Source: Parcubacteria group bacterium LiPW_15
GTDB lineage: Bacteria > Patescibacteriota > Minisyncoccia > UBA6257 > 2-01-FULL-56-20
Direction of reading: 5' to 3'
Length of the DNA stretch: 64,000 nucleotides
Assembly (NCBI GenBank): GCA_007375645.1
Contig: VMER01000001.1
Coordinates: 69,139 to 133,138, forward strand
Part shown: in pieces, positions 15,493 to 23,583 of the stretch
How positions within the stretch are numbered: position 1 is the first letter of the stretch
Layout: every line of letters begins with the position of its first letter
Position numbers and translations under genes: made by a program
The notes under the pieces: generated by a model
What the model saw: only the letters and a program-made list of their open reading frames with translations
Told to the model about the DNA's origin: nothing
The model's database searches: none

Positions 15493-17040
15493 TTATATGC
15501 GCGGGTGGCGAAACTGGCAGACGCACATCCTTGAGATGGATGCGCCCGCAAGGGCTTGCAGGTTCAACTCCTGTCCCGCGCACAAGTTGTCAAAAGTAGG
15601 GTTTTCAGCCATTTTTGCGATTATCGAAAATGGTTTTTTGTATTGATATTCCTGCACATTCTGGCTTTTGATAGAAAGGTTCCAAAGTAAATTTTGAGCA
15701 ATAATTCTTCTTTGCTCTGGAGAAGATTCCAAATATTGTTTTTCCTTTTTATTGCTTGATAAAAACAGCTCTTTTGTCGGTTCCAAAGTACTTCCGGGTT
15801 GTCGGTAGTCTGCGCCAAGTTGCTTAAGTTGGGATTCTAGTTCGACTCTCTTGTTGCCTAATTCAAGCAGTTTTTGCCTATAGACGGCTTCGGGCGTTAC
15901 TCCGTCGATAAAACTATCAACCAAGCGAGATTGTTTATCCTGAAGCGATATAAGTTGTTTTTCGATAGATTCCTGAATTGGTTCCATAGACTGACCTTGC
16001 CCGGCAAGTTTCTCTTTTGCGGCTTGATACATAACCTCAATAAGATCTTCACTCAATTGAAGTTTTCTGAGAGCCTCGGCAACAAAGGCATCAAGAGTTT
16101 CTGAGCGCATATACTTCTTATGCTCCACACAATTTCCTCTGCCATTTGTGCAGTAGTAATAATCATGTCCCTTTTTATGGGTGGCAGTTAATGCACAACC
16201 ACAATTGGCACAAGAAAATATTCCTCGCAAATGAAAAAACAATCCTTTGGGTCGCGTTGCCCTAAGTCGCCCGATAAAAACATCTGAGGCACGATCAAAT
16301 AACTCTTTGGAAATTAATGGTTCATGTTTGCCAGGATAATACTTTCCATCCTTTACCATCATTCCGTAATAAAATGGGTTCTTTAGAATCTTTTGAATGC
16401 GCGAGCGATGAACTTTGTTACCCCTACCGCTTCTAAGACCCTGTTTATAAAACAAATCAGTTATGTCTTCTAGGCTATAGTTTCCGGTGGCATAAGTTTC
16501 AAACATCTTTTTTACATACGGAGCCAAGATAGGGTCGTGGAATATGGTTTTGTCCGCTTTATTATTCTTATACCCAAATGGAGCCATTTGAGGCCATCCG
16601 CCGGCTTCAAGCTTTGCTTTGTTACCACGCTTAACGTTCTTAGAGAGGTCATCAATATACTTTTGAGCCATACCAAATTCTAAATACATGAGGATAGAGT
16701 TTTCATCATCTCGCCGGTAAGACTGCGCCGGAGTAATAATCTCTAAGTCATTCTGTTTAATAGCCCATATAAGACCGCCACCATCAATAGGATTCCTAGA
16801 GAGACGATCGAGCTTCCAGCAGACAATGCCTCGAATCTTCTTTTTAGTTACATAATCAAGCATCTGCCCAAATATTGGGCGGCCGGGTGCTTTCGCAGAT
16901 TGAGACTCAGTAAATATTTTTTCAATTTCTAATCCTCGGCGAGCGGCAAATTCTTCAAGCTCTTTTACTTGAGCAGGGATAGATAGAATTTGTCGACCCT
17001 CGTCTTCGGTGCTTTTCCGGCAATAGATAATATATTTCAT
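15493..17040 (-). CDS. large serine recombinase (integrase)
   Basis: N-terminal resolvase domain IYCRKSTEDEGRQ..SIPAQ, recombinase domain, Cys cluster CANCGC..C..C, C-terminal coiled coil; 515 aa. Confidence 0.85.
   Translation of the reverse strand: MKYIIYCRKSTEDEGRQILSIPAQVKELEEFAARRGLEIEKIFTESQSAKAPGRPIFGQMLDYVTKKKIRGIVCWKLDRLSRNPIDGGGLIWAIKQNDLEIITPAQSYRRDDENSILMYLEFGMAQKYIDDLSKNVKRGNKAKLEAGGWPQMAPFGYKNNKADKTIFHDPILAPYVKKMFETYATGNYSLEDITDLFYKQGLRSGRGNKVHRSRIQKILKNPFYYGMMVKDGKYYPGKHEPLISKELFDRASDVFIGRLRATRPKGLFFHLRGIFSCANCGCALTATHKKGHDYYYCTNGRGNCVEHKKYMRSETLDAFVAEALRKLQLSEDLIEVMYQAAKEKLAGQGQSMEPIQESIEKQLISLQDKQSRLVDSFIDGVTPEAVYRQKLLELGNKRVELESQLKQLGADYRQPGSTLEPTKELFLSSNKKEKQYLESSPEQRRIIAQNLLWNLSIKSQNVQEYQYKKPFSIIAKMAENPTFDNLCAGQELNLQALAGASISRMCVCQFRHPRI
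15499..15582 (+). tRNA. tRNA-Leu (anticodon GAG), class II with long variable arm
   Basis: hand-folded: acceptor GCGCGGG/CCCGCGC, D-stem GCG/CGC, anticodon stem CATCC/GGATG with loop TTGAGAT, long variable arm, T-arm GCAGG-TTCAACT-CCTGT, discriminator A. Confidence 0.85.
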
Positions 17041-17792
17041 TGTTTTTGTGGTTCGTATCCTTGAATATATGTTTTCTTTGTAACTTGTCCCAGAAACTGG
17101 TGTTCTCGGCTAAACTCTCTGGCGGGTTTTTTAACAGAATAGCGTTCGGCTAAATAATCCGCAAACTTGTTCCGAATAATCAGATCGGCTGGGAAGCCAC
17201 GTGAGATCCTTAAAAGTCTCATAGCATTAAACATAACTTGGTTTTTGGACTTGGTTACATATTTGCTAATGTAATATGCCAACTTTCCAGAACCGTCAGT
17301 TTTTGTCGCATCCACATAACCCTCTCCCCAAATGCCAGCGAGGATTCTCGTTTTACGTTCGTCACCGATGGAAACAGTCCGTCCACCTTGGCGCGTATCA
17401 CCAAGAGACAACGGCACGTTAAAAATAAGACCATGGAAATGTATTCTTCCTCTTGGGGAGAGTTCGGGAACAAAGAGAGATTCCGCTTTAGGATATTTAG
17501 ATCGCAACCGCACCTGGAAGACGCGAAGTGAATCGTTTGCATATGAGGCATCTGAGGCGTCGCCTTTAAAGGTGAGAGTAACCAACAACGGAGTCCCAAA
17601 TTCTGCAAGGCCAGCAAACACGCGCCGCACACATATTTGTCGAGTCCGCCGAGCATTATCGGGTCGCCTAGCTCCGAATAAAACATGCCTTTTTCTGGGA
17701 GAGTATAAATGTATTTTGGGCGGTTCTTTTTCAAACCATGTGATTTCTGTGAGTTTCCCATTATTTCTAAAGATTGTAGGCATATTTAACAA
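17037..17792 (-). CDS. rolling-circle replication initiator, HUH endonuclease (Rep_1/phiX-A-like)
   Basis: motif I LLVTLTF, motif II RIHFHGLIF (HUH), motif III YYISKYVTKSK (Y-x-x-K-Y-x-x-K); 4-nt overlap with recombinase gene. Confidence 0.7.
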   Translation of the reverse strand: MLNMPTIFRNNGKLTEITWFEKEPPKIHLYSPRKRHVLFGARRPDNARRTRQICVRRVFAGLAEFGTPLLVTLTFKGDASDASYANDSLRVFQVRLRSKYPKAESLFVPELSPRGRIHFHGLIFNVPLSLGDTRQGGRTVSIGDERKTRILAGIWGEGYVDATKTDGSGKLAYYISKYVTKSKNQVMFNAMRLLRISRGFPADLIIRNKFADYLAERYSVKKPAREFSREHQFLGQVTKKTYIQGYEPQKQ

Positions 17793-18068
17793 CTATGAGG
17801 GTATATCAAGTCAGGCGAGGGAATCCCTCCCGCCTTCGGCGGTCGGGATTCCCTCGCGGACTCGGAAGGAAGGGGATAGAAGGCCAAAAAAAAGTCAACC
17901 AGGTCATCCAGGTATTCAAGAGCTTGATCACGGGAAAGAACTAGGTTGTAGTCCCGCTTAAAGATTCTGGTTATCTCGACAATTAGTGGTTCGCTATACT
18001 GCGTCATAAAAAAATAGGCTTTTTCGGAAGCCTATTCTTTTGAGCCGTGATTCACTTTCGTTCGCCGG

Positions 18069-18650
18069 TTAAAGTAGCCTATAAACTGACTTACCTCGCC
18101 ATTCTAGAAGCATGAGACCCGGAGCTTCGTCCTGAAATTTATCGTTAATTGCCCGAACAGTGTCTGAGATTGATTTTCTTGCCTTTTCCTTTTCGCCCGC
18201 TTCCTTACCCACGACTTCTTCATAAAGAACATCCCAGCTTATCGGTGTATTTATTTTCTGGCCGAACATAAATTTAAGAAGATACGCTTGGCGACTATCT
18301 GGTTCAATCTTAATTTCCTTCCCGCCGTAAAAGAGAATTGTCTGGTTCACATCGTAACTAACGCCGTAAACCTTTTCGTTTTTAAGCTCTCCCTTTTTGA
18401 ACTTCTCAAACCTGTCTTTGTCGATATCAAACATATACAACACATCTTCCAAAGCACCCTTTTCATTACTAGTCGGAACATCGGCAGTGTCGAAAAGGCC
18501 AATTATGCCCAAGCCCTTAAGTTCGTAAAGTAGGGCTTCCATATTTTTCGAACGACCCTCTAGAATGCTTACATTCTTGCGGTTCGGGAAATGAATCAAA
18601 AAATTATTGATTTTGCCTATCAGCTCTTGCATTTCGCCACTCATGTTCAT
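18069..18650 (-). CDS. hypothetical protein with C-terminal OmpR/PhoB-type winged-helix
   Basis: C-terminal SISDTVRAINDKF..LLEWRGKSVYRL resembles trans_reg_C. Confidence 0.4.
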   Translation of the reverse strand: MNMSGEMQELIGKINNFLIHFPNRKNVSILEGRSKNMEALLYELKGLGIIGLFDTADVPTSNEKGALEDVLYMFDIDKDRFEKFKKGELKNEKVYGVSYDVNQTILFYGGKEIKIEPDSRQAYLLKFMFGQKINTPISWDVLYEEVVGKEAGEKEKARKSISDTVRAINDKFQDEAPGLMLLEWRGKSVYRLL

Positions 18651-18802
18651 GTTGAAAAAATAGCGGATTTATTGGATAATTTCAATACAACTGAATAACG
18701 GCCTAAACCGCTTAGCGATAGGTGGCATGGTCAAAAAACTTTCGAGGGCATCAAGCTCCTAGTCAGAGCACCCTCGAAAGTCATACCCCGAAAGGAGTAT
18801 GG

Positions 18803-19333
18803 GTGTCGCAAGACATCGCTGGCTGGGAGCTTTATGTTTCTGGCCAAATAAAATACTACATGGACGCAAAGTTTATAAAACATTTAATAAAGGGAAAAAT
18901 CGCCGAGATTATTTTTGAGCAAATGTTTCGTGAATCAGGGAAATATACAATTCTTCATTCCGGCTACGAATACACCCTGCCCGAGCTGGCTCAATATCAG
19001 CATCTTACGGAAGTGAAGGCCGTAATAGAAAATATCAAAAATGCGCCGGATTTCGTATTAATATCACAAGACAAAAAGGAAGTTCACTTGGTGGAGGTCA
19101 AATATCGCGACCCTAGAAGGCCGGAAGACTTGAAAGAAATAGTCGGAAAAACCTTAGAGATTTGGAATCCATCTTGGCTGTTTGTTGCATCACCTGACGG
19201 ATTTTTCTTTGAACCCTGCAACACAGTTTTAAGAAATAACGGGAATATTGAACGAATGTATGCAAGGTGGGTTGACCCTAAAATCCAGGAAGAATACCTC
19301 AAGCTGCTCAACCAATTTGAGCTGAAAGGATAG
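18803..19333 (+). CDS. PD-(D/E)xK-fold nuclease-like protein (start uncertain, ORF opens at 18722)
   Basis: APDFVLI ... VHLVEVKYR (D ... ExK); SD aaaggag 5 nt before in-frame GTG at 18803. Confidence 0.45.
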   Translation: MSQDIAGWELYVSGQIKYYMDAKFIKHLIKGKIAEIIFEQMFRESGKYTILHSGYEYTLPELAQYQHLTEVKAVIENIKNAPDFVLISQDKKEVHLVEVKYRDPRRPEDLKEIVGKTLEIWNPSWLFVASPDGFFFEPCNTVLRNNGNIERMYARWVDPKIQEEYLKLLNQFELKG

Positions 19334-19391
19334 CAATATTGTTGTGCTGACTTAATTTGCCTAGTTGAAAAGCGAGGGGTAGTATTTGGTT

Positions 19392-21011
19392 ATGAGAATT
19401 TCGAAAATAAAAATTACAAACTTTAGGTCTATAAAAGAAGCCGAAATATTACCTACGGGTTTTAACGTTTTTGTTGGTCAGAATAATCACGGGAAAACCA
19501 ATTTTTTTGAAGCCATAGACTGGTTTTTTACTGGGCCCAAAAAAGGAGAAGGTTTGGAAAAAATAAGATTTGGAAGATCTGGCGATGCAGAAATAGCAGT
19601 AGAAATAGAATTTACCGAAGCCCTGGATGGTGCCGAGAAAATGAAAAACGAAGGGAATAAAACAAAGATAAAACAAGCTCTCGGTGAGAACGATACAGTT
19701 TCGGTTCGGCGAAGTAGCTTGGATCCGAAAAAGCGTACCATTTCAATTGGAGGAGTAGAGTTAGAAAAAGCACCAACTGGATTCGATAATGCCTTGAATG
19801 ATTTTTTGCCAACCTTTCAATACGTCAGCACACAAATAAATCCACTTGATGTTGCCAAGTATGGCAAAAACACACCCATTGCAAATATGCTGTCCGGTGT
19901 GTTGTCGGCCATTCTCGAAAAAGATCCAACATACGCAGCTTTTAAAGAACAATTCGATAAGCTATTTACTGCTCCGGGGTCTTTAGTTCGCGTTGAATTA
20001 AACGAACTTAGTAAGCAAGTAAAGGTATATCTCGAAAAACAATTTCCAGATTGTCTGGAAGTAGCCTTTGAGGTATCACAACCAGTTTTTGAGGACTTAC
20101 TTAAAAATTTTGAAACCTCAATAGATGATGGGGTTTATACTAGCGCAGATGAAAAAGGAGACGGGATGCAAAGGGCCTTGATGCTTGCAATCATCCAAAC
20201 CTACGCAGATTTTAGGAGAGAAAACGAGGAAACTAGCAAATTCTTTCTTTTCTTTATTGACGAAGGAGAACTCCACTTGCATCCCACCGCGCAGAGAAAA
20301 CTTAAAAATGCCCTGCTAGAACTGTCTCGAGGTGGTGACCAAATCTTTTTAAACACCCATTCGTCAGTTTTGATTTCTGACGAAACCGAGGGGCAAACGA
20401 TATTCAAAGTTGAAAAAATTAAAAGCGAAACGAGCATTGTTCCCGTAAAGGAAGACGAGAAGCGCTACATAGTATATGAACTGCTTGGCGGTAGTCCAGC
20501 GGATCTTCTTTTGCCCAGAAATTTTCTCATAGTTGAAGGTAAAAGTGAATATGAATTTTTATCTCGTGTGATTGCAAGATTTTATGTGGATAAACCTAAG
20601 GTTCAGATTATTTATGCCGAAGGCAACCATGAGAGACAGCGACAAACAATGGAAGGAATAAATAAGGTTTATGTGCCGCTTTTTGCAAATCCGGTATACA
20701 GAGATAAGCTAATTATCCTTTGCGATACCCCAAGCGCAGAGGCGGCAACGAGCTTTGAAACTTTTAAAAGTACATACCCAGCCCTGACTTCAAACGGACA
20801 ACTTATTGTTAACCCTCTGCCCAGCCTGGAGGAATACTATCCATCTCCTTGGAAAAAAACAGATGTCGAGGTTAAAGCTATGGACGCAGACAAAAATGCG
20901 AAACTATTGCTGGCCAGAGAGGTTGGAAGTGGCATAACTCAGGCACAATTTGAAACGGATATGCCAATTGTCTTCCAAGCTCTCCAAGATTGTTGGTCGA
21001 AGGCCTACTAA
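19392..21011 (+). CDS. OLD-family ATP-dependent nuclease (ABC ATPase fused to Toprim)
   Basis: Walker A GQNNHGKTN, Walker B FFLFFIDEGELHLHP, H-loop FLNTHS, C-terminal Toprim-like LIVEGKSEYEF. Confidence 0.7.
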   Translation: MRISKIKITNFRSIKEAEILPTGFNVFVGQNNHGKTNFFEAIDWFFTGPKKGEGLEKIRFGRSGDAEIAVEIEFTEALDGAEKMKNEGNKTKIKQALGENDTVSVRRSSLDPKKRTISIGGVELEKAPTGFDNALNDFLPTFQYVSTQINPLDVAKYGKNTPIANMLSGVLSAILEKDPTYAAFKEQFDKLFTAPGSLVRVELNELSKQVKVYLEKQFPDCLEVAFEVSQPVFEDLLKNFETSIDDGVYTSADEKGDGMQRALMLAIIQTYADFRRENEETSKFFLFFIDEGELHLHPTAQRKLKNALLELSRGGDQIFLNTHSSVLISDETEGQTIFKVEKIKSETSIVPVKEDEKRYIVYELLGGSPADLLLPRNFLIVEGKSEYEFLSRVIARFYVDKPKVQIIYAEGNHERQRQTMEGINKVYVPLFANPVYRDKLIILCDTPSAEAATSFETFKSTYPALTSNGQLIVNPLPSLEEYYPSPWKKTDVEVKAMDADKNAKLLLAREVGSGITQAQFETDMPIVFQALQDCWSKAY

Positions 21012-21027
21012 TCTAAAGTTTCTAATT

Positions 21028-21357
21028 ATGAGAATAAAAGATCTATTTAAATCAACCGGCATTTCGCAATCATTCGGAGGCGTAGCTCCTCGATTGGATA
21101 AAAATAATTGTCGGGTTGAAAATAAGACCAAAAATGAAGACTCGGTGCTACTTCGTTTAAAAAGGATGTCAGACGGAGAGGAGGGAAATGCATATTTGAG
21201 GGTTCAAGAACAATTTTCAAGCATAACCCCGCAATTGCTTGGTTGGGCTTTTAATAGCAATAAAATTATTGGGCTTTCTCTAAACGAGCTGGACGACTTT
21301 GAAACAGGCCTTGAAATAGAAAATTTACAAGGACGACTTCGATTAATTACTGATTAA
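21028..21357 (+). CDS. hypothetical protein
   Basis: ORF only; no SD. Confidence 0.3.
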   Translation: MRIKDLFKSTGISQSFGGVAPRLDKNNCRVENKTKNEDSVLLRLKRMSDGEEGNAYLRVQEQFSSITPQLLGWAFNSNKIIGLSLNELDDFETGLEIENLQGRLRLITD

Positions 21358-21393
21358 AAAGGTTCCAACATCGTTCCATTCCGTGCAAAATAT
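21356..21393. repeat. R1: degenerate copy of tRNA-Leu 3-prime half (aaaaaggttccaacatcgttccattccgtgcaaaatat)
   Basis: about 85% identical to R2 over 40 nt. Confidence 0.55.
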
Positions 21394-21394
21394 T

Positions 21395-21886
21395 ATGATA
21401 CTACTTATTTTAACCTCAATACTCAAAGCAATAATTGCCTGGTTTATTATCACTTATGTCGGGACCAATCTCATTGGTTTTATTGGGAGGGGTCTTTGGG
21501 AAGAAAGATTGGATGTGAATAAATTAGATCTCTCTGATAATCCTATAAAGGATCTTGCAAAGAAAGAAATTAAAAGATGGAACAACTCTGGCGACATAAT
21601 AACCGGGTTATCATTTTTGGCTACAATAGGAATTTGTTATTACTTGTACAGTTATTGGGGAACTCTATTTTTGATTGCCATCATTATAACAATGGCAAGC
21701 AGGGCACCAGATCTTTATTGGGAGGTTCGCGTCCTTCCAAAACAATTAGGCATACCATATCCAGTTCCAAAAGATTTAATTCGGAAAGCAATAAAAGAAG
21801 ATAAAAACAAATCTTTATTTAAAACCCTACTAGGGCTTTCGAGTTTCGCAACGTTCGTAATTCTTTTTATAGCATTCTTTATTTAA
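21395..21886 (+). CDS. hypothetical 4-TM membrane protein bracketed by R1 and R2
   Basis: hydrophobic helices; ATG at 21395 after GTG-extended ORF from 21383. Confidence 0.45.
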   Translation: MILLILTSILKAIIAWFIITYVGTNLIGFIGRGLWEERLDVNKLDLSDNPIKDLAKKEIKRWNNSGDIITGLSFLATIGICYYLYSYWGTLFLIAIIITMASRAPDLYWEVRVLPKQLGIPYPVPKDLIRKAIKEDKNKSLFKTLLGLSSFATFVILFIAFFI

Positions 21887-21916
21887 TAAACTTGGTAGAA
21901 TTGATTAAACTGGCTC

Positions 21917-21955
21917 AAAAAGGTTCCAACATCGTCCCATCCCGCGCACAAAATA
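21917..21955. repeat. R2: attR-like degenerate copy of tRNA-Leu T-arm/acceptor 3-prime half (aaaaaggttccaacatcgtcccatcccgcgcacaaaata)
   Basis: aligns to tRNA 15561-15587; exact cccgcgcacaa. Confidence 0.55.
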
Positions 21956-22110
21956 AAAATACTACCCTCGCGGTAGTGTTTTTGTTTTCGTGTGTTGGAA
22001 GAAGAGGATTTGAACAAGGAGGAGGGGTCGGGAGGAAGCGTGGCGTCCTCCCGTGTCGGAGATTATTCTCGCCCCAAGAAGATTCCGCGTATAAGTTGTA
22101 TAATTAAAAT

Positions 22111-22581
22111 ATGAATAAAAATGGATTTGCTCCGATCGTTGTTGTCCTCTTGGTTGCCGTAGTCTTGGTTGCAGGCGGTATCGTGTATCAAGCCGGCAAA
22201 AATTCAAATCCCTCAAATGATCCAAGCGTGGAATCTGGCGCTCCGTTTATTGCCGTTATTTCGCCAAACGGAGGAGAAAAGTGGGCAGTCGGTGAAACGG
22301 TAAAGATCTCTTGGACAAGCAGTAACGATATAAAATTCGTAAATATCCGATTAAATATCTTAGGAAATCCCGATAGCCAGCACTTCAGCGCCTCCATCGC
22401 CTCCGACATTCCAAACACCGGTAACTATGAGTGGACGGTCAAAAAACTTTACGCCGAGGTTCTTGGCGTCACCGATCTGCCGATATCCGACAAGTATTCG
22501 ATTAGCGTGGAGGCCGCCGGAAATATTCATGATAGCAGTGACTCGACGTTCAGTATCGTTTCTTCGGTAAAATCAACTTAA
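22111..22581 (+). CDS. membrane-anchored or secreted protein with Ig-like beta-rich domain
   Basis: N-terminal TM FAPIVVVLLVAVVLVAGGIV; TTGTATAAT promoter upstream. Confidence 0.5.
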   Translation: MNKNGFAPIVVVLLVAVVLVAGGIVYQAGKNSNPSNDPSVESGAPFIAVISPNGGEKWAVGETVKISWTSSNDIKFVNIRLNILGNPDSQHFSASIASDIPNTGNYEWTVKKLYAEVLGVTDLPISDKYSISVEAAGNIHDSSDSTFSIVSSVKST

Positions 22582-22593
22582 ATTTTATAAAAA

Positions 22594-22941
22594 ATGGACA
22601 ACAAAATGGTTGAGTCAACAATGGTCACGACGGCGTTCGAGCTCGAGAATTATCAAATCGTAAATAATCTGGGAGTCGCGAAGGGGATAGTTGTTCGTTC
22701 CAGGTCCATCTTCGGATCTATTGGTGCAAGCCTACAGACAATAGTTGGCGGCAATATTTCTCTTTTCACAAAGCTTTGCGAAAAAACTCGCGCCGATGCG
22801 TTCGATCTAATGTTGGAGCATGCGGCAGATATGGGTGCTAACGCGGTTATCGGCGCCCGTTACGACGCGACGGAAATCATGGGAGGCGTGACCGAGGTTT
22901 TGGCCTATGGAACCGCGGTTGTGGTAGAACCAAAAAAATAA
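22594..22941 (+). CDS. YbjQ/UPF0145 (DUF74) family protein
   Basis: [22 protein letters not shown]....R..A......[16 protein letters not shown]...[16 protein letters not shown]. Confidence 0.75.
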   Translation: MDNKMVESTMVTTAFELENYQIVNNLGVAKGIVVRSRSIFGSIGASLQTIVGGNISLFTKLCEKTRADAFDLMLEHAADMGANAVIGARYDATEIMGGVTEVLAYGTAVVVEPKK

Positions 22942-23005
22942 ACGGTCAGACCTGCCAAGTATTAAAATCTTAAGACAAAAAAAGCCGGGCGTTACCCGGC
23001 GCGGC

Positions 23006-23209
23006 CTAGAAGATTTCGATGTGGACTTCTGCTAAGTACCTTTTGGACTTTCTTTTCCCTTCGAGTTTATCGAGTTGTTGCTGAACTTTTTCGAGTTGGT
23101 TTGCGAGATGAATGCCGGAGAAAGAGCCCCGTTTCGGAAGCTTTAGAAAAGCTTTCCAGATCTCGTCCCTTTTCTTCCGCAGTCTCAGGACTCTTTTGCT
23201 TGCGGTCAT
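23006..23209 (-). CDS. hypothetical small basic protein (67 aa), second gene of the operon
   Basis: SD aggag 7 nt before ATG, 9-nt gap to upstream gene; hairpin gccgggcgttacccggc plus T7 downstream. Confidence 0.4.
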   Translation of the reverse strand: MTASKRVLRLRKKRDEIWKAFLKLPKRGSFSGIHLANQLEKVQQQLDKLEGKRKSKRYLAEVHIEIF

Positions 23210-23218
23210 ACTGTTCTC

Positions 23219-23467
23219 CTACGTCGCGAATCTTCCGCTACCATAGTCGTCCTCGGGAGTCGTTAGCGCGCTTCTCGGGACGTCCAGGGGACCGAGCGAA
23301 ACGTTGTCGGGAATACCTTCTCCCGCGAGTTTCGCGGAAGCCCGCACGCCTTGCTCGACCGACTCTCGGATCATCTGTGCGAGTTCGACCTCGCTCATTT
23401 TGAGCCTGATCGGCGGACGATCGGTTCCATCACCGGCGATCACTTCATAACTGCGTTGTTTCAACAC
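23219..23467 (-). CDS. hypothetical small protein (82 aa, GTG start), first gene of a two-gene GC-rich operon
   Basis: SD gaaggggg 6 nt before GTG. Confidence 0.4.
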   Translation of the reverse strand: MLKQRSYEVIAGDGTDRPPIRLKMSEVELAQMIRESVEQGVRASAKLAGEGIPDNVSLGPLDVPRSALTTPEDDYGSGRFAT

Positions 23468-23583
23468 GGCAACCCCCTTCGTCGAACTTATTTCCTTATA
23501 TTCTGATTGCGGTTGTATGTCAAAAATGCCGGGAATCTCAACTCTGCCCAGAGGAATCTCTTTGTTGTGTTATAATAATTAAC

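Larger units (their letters stand above)
15583..21951. mobile_element. integrated element at tRNA-Leu 3-prime end (serine recombinase, HUH Rep, wHTH, PD-(D/E)xK, OLD-family nuclease), bounded on the right by degenerate tRNA 3-prime-half repeats
   Basis: recombinase abuts and overlaps the tRNA on the opposite strand; 11-nt exact cccgcgcacaa at 15575-15585 and 21941-21951 within longer degenerate similarity; AT-richer than flanks by eye. Confidence 0.6.

Noticed and set aside
21985-22085. Minus-strand gttcaaatcct and GC hairpin cgggaggaagcgtggcgtcctcccg suggesting a tRNA or tmRNA
   Set aside because: No acceptor or T-stem pairing could be built. It may be debris at the right edge of the integrated element.
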